Assembly (NCBI GenBank): GCA_964342815.1
Contig: CAYFHS010000016.1
Coordinates: forward strand, 42,515 to 86,010
DNA: 43,496 nucleotides
Source: an uncultured archaeon
GTDB taxonomy: Archaea > Thermoplasmatota > Penumbrarchaeia > JASLWR01
Reading direction: 5' to 3'
Positions 1 to 9,200 of this stretch are shown here, in pieces. Position 1 is the first letter of the stretch. Each line of letters opens with the position of its first letter. The notes under the pieces were generated by a model. That model was not told where the DNA came from and searched no databases. It saw nothing but the letters and a program-made list of their open reading frames with translations. The translations under genes and the position numbers were made by a program.

Positions 1-220
1 AGTGACTTGTCAAATAAAGTCAGGAACATTTGGACTGACTTATTGGTAAAGACGTACCAGAAAGGGACGGCTTTACACGTAAAAGTGAACCATACTGGCT
101 CACCACACAGGACAAGTAGTGACTTGTCAAATAAAGTCAGGAACATTTGGACTGACTTATTGGTAAAGACGTGCCAGAATGGGACGGCTTTACACGTAAA
201 GGTGACCCATCCTGGCTCCC
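1..220. repeat. Direct repeat with 117-bp period (copy 1 at 1-103, copy 2 at 118-220), possibly truncated by the window edge
   Basis: AGTGACTTGTCAAATAAAGTCAGG... starts at 1 and at 118. The copies are identical for 55 nt, then differ at 56/173, 63/180, 84/201, 89/206, 94/211 and 102/219. Confidence 0.95.
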
Positions 221-520
221 GACGCAATATCGGAGATATTGCAAGGGGTGTGTAGCAATCACTATTGCGAGCTTCCCACTATGTTCCGTAACGTCACACG
301 TTACTGAACTCTCGGAACCTATTGGTTCCTGCGGGGTTAGCAGAACTCGTTCTCAAATATCGGAGAAACTTTTCTCCACCATCTGTATGTACGCTAGTAC
401 CGAAAGAGCAGGAGCATACCAATGCTCTGGAGCCCGTAGATTTCATCTTGAAATTGAGGGATATGGGCAATCTCTGATTGTCCAGTGTGAAATGCGCTCG
501 CCACTGTAGACGCATTTATC
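1..520. other. Non-coding tract dense in short perfect inverted repeats (candidate structured RNA or ssDNA element)
   Basis: Stems seen: 17-23/35-41, 111-117/122-128, 173-216 (long imperfect), 224-231/235-242, 255-259/264-268, 288-294/298-304, 314-319/324-329, 362-367/372-377, 412-417/422-427, 440-445/449-454, 468-472/476-480, 490-496/511-517. No convincing protein in any frame. Confidence 0.5.
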
Positions 521-528
521 GACGTGCC

Positions 529-3500
529 TTACTTGCCCTCGTTAGATGCAGATTTACCAGTGTTTTCTTTTGGAAGTGTGGCGGGCATATCACCCAGCAG
601 TCGAGAAAGTGCATCAAGGGTGTTCTCTTCTCCGGTTGATGACGTATCCACATCCTTTTTTCCAGATGACGGTACACTGGAGGGTATATCAACAACGGGT
701 GGAGGAGTATTAACCTTCTTCATCTCCGAAGACGGACTGCCAGAGGGAGTACCAACCACTGGAGGGGGGGTACCCACATTCTTCACACTGGAAATTGGGC
801 CACCTGGGGGTGTATCAACCGTAGGAACAGAGGTTTTCTCATCCTTTTTCCCTCCAGGCTTTGGGCCAGAAGGTGTTCCAACCAAAGGTGGGGCTCTTTT
901 TCCGGAACTTCGGGAAAATGAATATTTTTTGTTACTGGGTTTTGTCGATGGAGGTACTTCCGGAGCCGGTTCCTCCTTGGGAAGAGGTGGGGTTGGAGCT
1001 GCGGGTGGTGGAGCATAGATCCTCGGAACCTGAACCGCAGACGAGGGAGCAGGCGGTAATGCCTTCATTGGCGGCGGGGGTACGCGCTCCCCATCAAGGT
1101 TGGGTAGGACCACAGATGGAGCCGGGGCTGCACCATCAACAGCCGGAGGAGGTGGGATGTATTCAGCTGACGGAGATGGTCGGACCCCTGCGGTGGCAGA
1201 AAGTTGTTTAGGTTCAGCCTGATCAGGAGGTGCGTAAGATTGCCTCGCCAATTGAGGTTTCTCCTGTCGGTATCCGAAATTTCCTGCGTACTGAGGCAGG
1301 GCTTGAAAATTTTGCATCGGCGGCAGGGGAGGTGGGGGCGGCGGAATGATCTCTGCTTCGAGGAGGTCCAGTTCCAGTTGTCTCTTCCTATCCCTCTCCT
1401 CAACCCTCCTTTTCCTCACGATGAAAATTATAAATCCCAATACTACCAGACCCAGAGCTGCAACTGTAATCCACAACCATAACACCTGTGGCTGAGAGGT
1501 CAATTCTTCTGCCCCCAATTCGTTACTTGATAAAGAGCTTATCACCACCTCCGTGGTAATCTCCTTCATACCACCGGGATAGCTTATCCGAACTTTGATG
1601 TTATATTTGTTTGGGGCAAGTATCAGCGTACCGGATATAACTCCCTTGACAGTTAAATGAGTTCCTGCTGGCAAGAATGTTTCTTCAGGAAGGTTTACAT
1701 ATGAAGCAAGATAGCCCAAAGGTTTAAACTGAACCATAATGGGTAAGTTCCCAAGATTTGCCAGCGTAATATTGAAACTTGCGTTCTCTCCCTGAGTAAT
1801 ATTTATAAGACGGGTATCAATATCCACTTTAAGACCATAGATGGCCACAAAGGAAGTATTTATCCGAAACCACCAAATTCCGGAATTGCATAATCCCTCG
1901 AGAAGCCTGGTCACCGGAACTACTTTCCAATAGTAGGTAGTATTATCCTTTAGACCATCCATTAATATCCATGTTTTTTCCGTCATGTTGACTTTTGTAA
2001 GATTTCCCGGAGTTTCCCCAAAATAGACATCGTATAGAATATCATCCTTGGTTGGATTGATACCTTCCCATGTAAGATTGGCAGAGGTGACGTTCAGAAT
2101 AGAGCCGTTCAGGGGTGCCAGCATGTTTGTTTCAGGAAATAGAACGGTGGTATTGATGTTGAAACTCCAGGTGCCGTTAGAGCAGAGTCCAACCTCGCTT
2201 GCATCCTTGGGAACCACTTTCCAGAAGTATGTCGAATCGTCATCAAGGTCCTTTACATTAACCGATGTATTTGTCATGTCCGAGAGATATAAAAGCACTG
2301 GAAAGGTCTTGGAAAGATAAAAATCATAAAAGATATCTCCGGGTTCGCTGTCGACGTCGTAAACCTCCCATACGAACTCCACTTCGGTAGAAGTATGCAT
2401 GGAATGTTTATAGGGCGTGATAAGCTCTGTCAAGGGGGGGTCGTTAACAGGAGACACGGTAACCGGGATTGTGATACTTGATTTCAGGGAAGGCATGGAC
2501 TTCTCAAAAACGGTCGCTGTGATATTTCCTGAACCGTAATAATCCTTTCCACCTTCGATAAGAAGGGTATCAGGTTCCAGAAGCTCAACTGAAATGTTCT
2601 CATTATCGCTCGTTACTGAGTACAAGAGTAAATTCTCCTCTACGTCGAATACGTATTTTGAGAAAAAGGATTCATAGGTAGCGTTTTCATCTTCTGCGAT
2701 CTGAATGCTTGGGGGGGTGTTATACCAGATGGGTCCGTCATCGACATTGGCAACAATTATTTCGAATTGGTTACTTGATATGGATTGTCCGTATAGGTTC
2801 GTACAGTTCACAACAACGAGGAGCGTACCGGTCCAGTTTTCTTTAAGTGAGACAATCCCCAGCACTGAGCTGTTGAATGAGAAATTCACTTCCGCCTCAT
2901 CAGGGGTCGATGAAACCGAATAATTGGATTTCATTATTTGCGAATAAGCATCGTAAAAATAGGGTGATACATCTACTATGCTCGGTTCGGGAGTATCCTC
3001 GTTGAGGAAAAAGGATTCGGATATCGTATTTATTAACTTCGGAGATTCAACATCACTCCAGTTAATATTCCAGTCGTATATAATCGGTGAGGCGGTCCCC
3101 GGACCCGACAGGTGGGCCTCAAGATAGATACCGGGGTGTTTATGAACATTGATTCTCATAAGGTCCTGCATCACGGAACTGGAGTTGGGAGAGATGTTCA
3201 TAAGGAGCTCACCGGTCCGGTTATCGTGAATAGAGATGTTAAGAAAGCTATTATCGGGAACATTGCTATTGACCATCAAGCTGTTCCACACATAATCCGG
3301 TATTCCACCAGAACGACTGCTTTGACCGAAAATGGGAAGCGTTATATCTTTTGATCGGAATGCGGCCTCCGTGAGAAAAAGGGATGCGTGTTCCAGTAAA
3401 CTTTTCTGTGAGAGCGCTTTGTTTGATATCATTATCTCGTCCAGAAGCCCATTGAAACCATTCATTCCAGTCCCATTTCCTCCAAGAAAAAGTGCTTGGT

Positions 3501-6261
3501 TACAGTACGGGTTGAAACCTGAAATGGAGCCGCTTTTCTTCAAAGAGCCGTCCACATAGATGGAAGCGAGAGAACCCGAGCGGGTAAATGCGATATGAAC
3601 CCATTGATTCTCCGGGATACCTACGGCGGTCTCAATCTTGGAGGTTCCGTTATCGAAAACGTATCTTACGGTACCTGATGGATCTACGTATCCGGCCTCG
3701 TTGATCACTCCGGTCTCATCATACTCCAAAAATAGAATACCTGGAGTTCCCTGTTGGTGTCGTTTGACCCGGAACTCATAAGTGGCTTCAGTGAGGTGGA
3801 GTTGGTTCGAATCCCTTACCTCTATAGACGGCCCGGAACCATTGAACTCCATTGCAGTACCGAATAATCCCGAGGTTGATCGCCGATCCCCACGAAGCAA
3901 TCCGTAAATATTGTTCCGGCTCCTGTCCCGAATCACATGTCCCATTTGCTCATCCAAATTGTACAAGAGAACAGTTTCGGCAGAAGGCGAAGGACTGTTA
4001 GCCATTATACGGGCATTACCGCTTTTAAGAGAGAGACCCCCTCTCGCATCGAAGAATATATCATGGGGGTCCCTGGGGATCCTAGTAATACGGATCAGAT
4101 CGATGGCCCCGTGAAAGTATCGTGTAGGTGTATATGGAAAAAATGATGATCCCACTTCCGCACCCACGAACAGGGGGACATTGGAGTGCCTTATTGGAAA
4201 GTCCACAGTCAGCCTAGCTTCTTCTCGCCCGTCGAGGTACAAGACCATATTCGGTCTTTCAAAGAAAAGCACTACATGGTACCATTTATAGGGTATTAGC
4301 AGGGAGCTCGAATATAACGTGTTGTACTGGTTCGGTTCCAGGTTTATTGTGGATAATAGAACCCTAAGTGTTCTATTCTTCAAAATCTGTACCGCGTAAT
4401 CTCCGTTCTCTCTACCTCCGAAGAGGGCGGCATCCTTTTGCATGGAATCCACCTGGAACCACGCTTCTATACTGATAGAATCGTCAGGTTTCAGTGAATC
4501 GGTCTTCTCGACCCAAATATAGTCGTCCCTACCGTCGAAATGCAGGGCTTTTCCGAACTTTCCTGCCCGCCAGGAGGGATCGCTGGGTTCAGAGTTCCCT
4601 CCACCTCCCAGGAGCCCGTCATTCCCGTTTACGGAACTGTCAAGCAGGATTTGACCCTTCCCCTCATCGAAACCCCACAAGGCGCTGGTGTCGTTGTCGG
4701 CGTCTGGTGTTGTACGTATTTTGTGATCTCCTATGAAGGCATCGTTCCACTGCTTGTCCCTATTCCATTGAAGACCCCAGTAGTTCAATGACGGGGTGGT
4801 GGCACCAGTTCCCGTAAATGAAGCTCTCAGACGAATCCTCGAGATACCCATTTCGTTCAGGGCTGAGATGTTCATATGAAATATTGAGAGGTCCGCGAAA
4901 CCCGCTACAGGAGTAGAGCTCAGGGCGTTTATAATAGTTATGTTGACAAAGGTGTAAGGTACCTCGGTTTTCTCCACGGAAAGGCGGTCCCAGTAAGCAT
5001 TCTCGGGTAGGGTGATCAGAGGTGATGTGAGGGTCCCCGATGCGGCATATCGGTACTGGTCGTAAACCCAAGTATCATCTTTGTAGCCGGAATAGCCTCC
5101 GAACATTATCACTTTTCGATTATCCGCGTCATAAGCCATATCGAAAGCATATCTTTGGGGCGGACGTTCTACATAAGTTCTTCTTACCCAAGTGTTGGCT
5201 GAAATATCCAACAGCCAAACATGCAGATCGTAGGGGTAACCCCCGTATAAAACCGTGGTATGATCTTCATGATCATATACCATTCCAAGATAGTATCTCG
5301 CCGATGGGCGCACGGTAGGGAATATCTGAGTCCAAAGGTCGTTGGCTACATCGTAGAGCCAGGTATCCCGATAAGCGGCTCCGGCAATACCACCGAACAT
5401 TACAACCCGGTTATTGACTGGATCATATACCATATCATGGTGGTACCTGACCGCAGGGGATACTGGTGGAGACATTTTCGTCCAAGTATTCCCGGTAACG
5501 TCGTATACCCAAGTCTCGTTCTTAAGGATCCAGCCCCCCGAATATGTCCTGCCCCCGAACAATACTGTCTTTTCATTTGTACTGTCATAGACCATTGAAT
5601 GACCATACAAGCGGGGAGGTGACCTTTCGGGATACTGTCGGGTCCATAAATCATCCCGTGCATCATATAGCCATGTCTCGGGAGCGACCCAGTATCCCCC
5701 AAAAAGAACCGTTTTATTATTTTTTTCATCGTAAGTCATGGCATGAAAGTAACGAACGGGTGGGGAGGAAGGAGGTTGCGCCTTGGTCCAGAGGTTCGTT
5801 CTCCCATCGAAGAGCCAGGTCTCTGAACTGCTCTGCCCGTTGTTTGTGCGTCCTCCGAATAAAATGGTTTTCTTCTCCGCGGTATCGTATACCATCCTGT
5901 GCCCGTAACGGGCTCTGGGTTTGACCGGTGGAAGTATTTCGGTCCACCCGGAACTTTTGATTCCTGTAAGGTTCACCCTTGCATCGGTTCCATGTCCCAT
6001 CACTGTGACACTGCTAAGGGTGCTCTCCGCGAATTCTTCCTCGGTGCTCTGGAACCAACCTGCTTCCTCATTGCTGCGGACTGGTTCCGGGGTATCCGTC
6101 ATTGACGCCGCTCCGACCTCTTGACCTATTTCGATATTATGCGCGTTCAAGTTTCGATCAATAATAATCTCTGCTCGCTCCTCCGTTTCCATTACTCTAG
6201 GTACAATGATGCCGCTCATCAGCATCGATAAAACCAATAATAGAGTGAATGTACGTTTCAT
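529..6261 (-). CDS. Giant membrane-anchored surface protein: signal peptide, 6-bladed Kelch propeller, two LamG/ConA-like domains, cadherin/Ig- and FnIII-like domains, TM helix, Pro-rich cytoplasmic tail
   Basis: 1910-aa ORF with AGGTG RBS. Six Kelch repeats (R-x2-H-x-M-x-YD...FGG...TW-x-YD), LamG-like segments (GKFGKALHFDGRDDY, WYHVV, WVHIAF, FNGLLDEI), TM WLWITVAALGLVVLGFIIFIVRKRR. Confidence 0.9.
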   Translation of the reverse strand: MKRTFTLLLVLSMLMSGIIVPRVMETEERAEIIIDRNLNAHNIEIGQEVGAASMTDTPEPVRSNEEAGWFQSTEEEFAESTLSSVTVMGHGTDARVNLTGIKSSGWTEILPPVKPRARYGHRMVYDTAEKKTILFGGRTNNGQSSSETWLFDGRTNLWTKAQPPSSPPVRYFHAMTYDEKNNKTVLFGGYWVAPETWLYDARDDLWTRQYPERSPPRLYGHSMVYDSTNEKTVLFGGRTYSGGWILKNETWVYDVTGNTWTKMSPPVSPAVRYHHDMVYDPVNNRVVMFGGIAGAAYRDTWLYDVANDLWTQIFPTVRPSARYYLGMVYDHEDHTTVLYGGYPYDLHVWLLDISANTWVRRTYVERPPQRYAFDMAYDADNRKVIMFGGYSGYKDDTWVYDQYRYAASGTLTSPLITLPENAYWDRLSVEKTEVPYTFVNITIINALSSTPVAGFADLSIFHMNISALNEMGISRIRLRASFTGTGATTPSLNYWGLQWNRDKQWNDAFIGDHKIRTTPDADNDTSALWGFDEGKGQILLDSSVNGNDGLLGGGGNSEPSDPSWRAGKFGKALHFDGRDDYIWVEKTDSLKPDDSISIEAWFQVDSMQKDAALFGGRENGDYAVQILKNRTLRVLLSTINLEPNQYNTLYSSSLLIPYKWYHVVLFFERPNMVLYLDGREEARLTVDFPIRHSNVPLFVGAEVGSSFFPYTPTRYFHGAIDLIRITRIPRDPHDIFFDARGGLSLKSGNARIMANSPSPSAETVLLYNLDEQMGHVIRDRSRNNIYGLLRGDRRSTSGLFGTAMEFNGSGPSIEVRDSNQLHLTEATYEFRVKRHQQGTPGILFLEYDETGVINEAGYVDPSGTVRYVFDNGTSKIETAVGIPENQWVHIAFTRSGSLASIYVDGSLKKSGSISGFNPYCNQALFLGGNGTGMNGFNGLLDEIMISNKALSQKSLLEHASLFLTEAAFRSKDITLPIFGQSSRSGGIPDYVWNSLMVNSNVPDNSFLNISIHDNRTGELLMNISPNSSSVMQDLMRINVHKHPGIYLEAHLSGPGTASPIIYDWNINWSDVESPKLINTISESFFLNEDTPEPSIVDVSPYFYDAYSQIMKSNYSVSSTPDEAEVNFSFNSSVLGIVSLKENWTGTLLVVVNCTNLYGQSISSNQFEIIVANVDDGPIWYNTPPSIQIAEDENATYESFFSKYVFDVEENLLLYSVTSDNENISVELLEPDTLLIEGGKDYYGSGNITATVFEKSMPSLKSSITIPVTVSPVNDPPLTELITPYKHSMHTSTEVEFVWEVYDVDSEPGDIFYDFYLSKTFPVLLYLSDMTNTSVNVKDLDDDSTYFWKVVPKDASEVGLCSNGTWSFNINTTVLFPETNMLAPLNGSILNVTSANLTWEGINPTKDDILYDVYFGETPGNLTKVNMTEKTWILMDGLKDNTTYYWKVVPVTRLLEGLCNSGIWWFRINTSFVAIYGLKVDIDTRLINITQGENASFNITLANLGNLPIMVQFKPLGYLASYVNLPEETFLPAGTHLTVKGVISGTLILAPNKYNIKVRISYPGGMKEITTEVVISSLSSNELGAEELTSQPQVLWLWITVAALGLVVLGFIIFIVRKRRVEERDRKRQLELDLLEAEIIPPPPPPLPPMQNFQALPQYAGNFGYRQEKPQLARQSYAPPDQAEPKQLSATAGVRPSPSAEYIPPPPAVDGAAPAPSVVLPNLDGERVPPPPMKALPPAPSSAVQVPRIYAPPPAAPTPPLPKEEPAPEVPPSTKPSNKKYSFSRSSGKRAPPLVGTPSGPKPGGKKDEKTSVPTVDTPPGGPISSVKNVGTPPPVVGTPSGSPSSEMKKVNTPPPVVDIPSSVPSSGKKDVDTSSTGEENTLDALSRLLGDMPATLPKENTGKSASNEGK
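637..888 (-). repeat. Four tandem 21-aa (63-bp) Pro/Ser/Thr/Gly repeats in the cytoplasmic tail
   Basis: PLVGTPSGPKPGGKKDEKTSV / PTVDTPPGGPISSVKNVGTPP / PVVGTPSGSPSSEMKKVNTPP / PVVDIPSSVPSSGKKDVDTSS. Confidence 0.8.
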
Positions 6262-6282
6262 TCTTACACCTTTTCTTTGCTC

Positions 6283-9200
6283 CTATTTATCGATTCCCCT
6301 TATAAAGTCTTCCACGATATCTCTCAGATTTTCAGAGGAATCGTTATTATTCTCCCCCGATACCACTGTTATTTCATCATCCTGTTTTAAAAGGGGTTCT
6401 ATGTCGATGATATCTGTTTCTATATGGGTTCTCGGTTGGTACGGTAATCCTGCATTTGAAGATGGCCAAGCGGAAACAGGAGGTAAAATCTCCACGAAAG
6501 GTGTTTCACCACTCAAGGTCAAGGATTTCCTTTTTCGCTTAGATTTACCCGAGGTCCTTTTTCGCTTCAAGCCTTTCGAGCGATCTTTTAAGGTCCGCTT
6601 CCGTTTTCCCTCACTCCGTGTTTCTTTTCTTTCATCATTTAGGAAATACAGACCATCCAATCGATTTTTTTGGGCCGCTTTTTTTTCTAAAAAAAGTGGT
6701 TTTTCATAGCTATTCAGCTCATTTCGTCCTTTCTGTTTTCCATTGTCCATCTTGTCTTCGTTCACATTGGAGATGTGAAACCTCAATTCATCCTCAAGCA
6801 TCTTATTATGCCTTCGCCTTCTTATGTTTAAATAAAAAATGATCAGGAAAAAACCAAGGCAGACGACAATGATCCCCGCGCCGTATGCCCATTTTAGTGC
6901 TGCAGAACCGTATGTATTTCCTTGACTCGCCTCCCCGTCGTCATCATCATCATTTCTCACCTGAAGAATCCAGTAATCGGATATTTCGATACTTTCACCG
7001 GTCACCCGCACCTCCAGCTCATAACTGTTCTCAGTTGAAAGATTCGCGGCGTTGAGAATATATTGAGATGCATTGGGTCCGTTATGGAGCTCCTGGCCGT
7101 TCAAGTACCATGAATAATGAACTGGTAATTCAAGAATTTCCTTGCTCATTAGCTGGATACTGAACTTGGTTAAATCGTCAGATTCCAATAACAGCTTTCT
7201 CTGTGGGGGGAACATGGTATATCTGCCATCGACATTCTCTTTCGGCTGATATGGAATGGTTGTGAAACGTATTAATTTCTCTCCATCAATTCGATTACCG
7301 GCCTTGTCCATTATCTTGTCTGTGAGTATCAAAACGTAAGTACTATGATACGAGAGTACGTGATCTGGGACCAATATGGCTGTGGCATTCATCTCGAACC
7401 ACTCTACATGGAATGGAATTTCATTGAAATAAAGGTCTTCGATCCTCACGGCGATCTGCAGCCGATCCGAAATGATGGGTTCCGAAAATCTCAGAGTGAT
7501 CTTGGGGGAGATAGGTACATTTTCTGCAGAGTCCTCTGGGACTGTATCAAGAATTCTTGGCATATCCTGGTCAACAAGGGTGAAGGTGTGATCAGGCTCT
7601 TCAGGGGCTCCATCGGAATCCATGTTCCCAGAACTGTCCCATAACTTTGAATCGACATGAAATACTCCCACTTCCGCCCCATAGCTGTTCCATTCCGCAC
7701 CGTACGAACCCGGTTTTCCCGGAATTCCCTCAAGCGGCAGGACAGCAACAGTAGTTCGGTCATCCTCCCGTGAAATTATCAGTTCACCTGAGAGGCTTTC
7801 TTCATCACTGGATTCTCTCACTAGAAAATGAACAGATCCCCCCAATGGGTATTCAGCATCATCGTCAACAAGCTCATCCACCTCAACCAAGGATCCGACA
7901 GAGGCCACTACCGGAGGAAAATCATCGATCAAGTGGATTACAAGGTCCACTGACGGCCATAAACCATCGTCACGGTTCCCCCATTCATCTATAAGTAAAG
8001 TTTCAATCAGATATTTTCCGTACGGCAAACCGGCGGTATCCCACTTGAAATGATAATTACCATCACCCTCTTCATCAAGTGGGAATGTACCATTGAACAG
8101 CGATTGATTTTCTGATAGTGTAATAAAAACTTTTCCATCGAGACCCATTTCGTCATTGGCCTCCTCTACAATGATCCGGATTACGGACCCGATGGAATAC
8201 GTGTTATCATCATCACCATTCATTTTGGATCTTACTCGATTGATCTCCGGAGGGATCGTATCCACGATGGTAATGTTGTGGGCCGTATCGAATTCCGGGG
8301 TGCGGTCGAAGTTTCCTGCTCCATCCTCCAAGAAGGCTTCTAGCCAGTAGCTCTTATTGGCTGGAACATTCGTAGTATCCCAAAAGTAGGTGTATCTACC
8401 CCCCCCCGAATCCATTAACGGAGCGTTTTCTATCAGCGGGTGGTCTTCATCATTCCTGATGCTAATCGAACCCATGAGTCCGGTTTCCAGATTTCCTTCC
8501 TGTACAATGATCTCCACTTCGTTGCCCCTTTCGTAGACTCCCGAGATGTTATTACCAGATTTGGAATATACCTCTATAATATCAGGCGCTGTAATATCCA
8601 GTTGAAAAACTGAAAAGGTTTTCTGGGAAATTCCGGAAACCGACACCTGGATATGGACGTTTTGACCGTCTAAAGTATCAACGACATTGATCACTTCACC
8701 ATCATTAACACAATAGTTCATCCCTTCAGGAGGAGTTGCCATTTTTAATATTACCCTTCCGTCTTCGAGGTCCTCGTATTGGTCGTTCGTCACGGTAAAT
8801 TCAGATGAAACCCGGGTGCCGTCATTTGGTTTGCTTATCTCTACTTTGATACGGCCCATAGGTGTGGAAGCCACAGAGTTTCTCACTCCGTCCCCGTCAT
8901 GGTCGTACGTATAATAATCAAAAGTGTCGTTATCGACCTTGAAAACGCGATAGCTGCATTCTTCAACGGTGTCCTCGGACCCGCCGGAGGCAGTCTGGAT
9001 AACAAGTGGATAGTCCGGAGCCTGCCAGTCTCCTTCAAGCACATTATCGTTAACATCGATTATCTCGTCCCTATGGGTATGGCCTGCAATAAAAGCCTTG
9101 ACATCATTCTCTATCATCAGATTCTCCATGTCTTCAACGTGCCACATAGGTGTATCCCTGCCGTTATTGGTTTTCAATGGAGCATGCATGAAAATAAGTT

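Noticed and set aside
1-242. CRISPR array
   Set aside because: The repeat unit is about 100 nt with only two copies, no 25-45 nt repeat-spacer pattern and no cas genes.
7-515. ORFs 7..255(+), 171..509(+) and 294..515(-) as proteins
   Set aside because: No recognisable motifs or RBS, and they overlap a hairpin-rich repeat tract. The frame of 7..255 is open from base 1, so a gene entering from outside the window cannot be fully excluded.
168-528. 8-bp direct repeat GACGTGCC at 168-175 and 521-528 as a target-site duplication
   Set aside because: No terminal inverted repeats or transposase, and one copy lies inside the 117-bp repeat. A single 8-mer match is compatible with chance.
256-528. Group II intron, RNase P or SRP RNA
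   Set aside because: I found no domain V (GAGCCG...CGGTTC) or GUGYG 5' end, and no RNase P P4 or SRP helix 8 signature.
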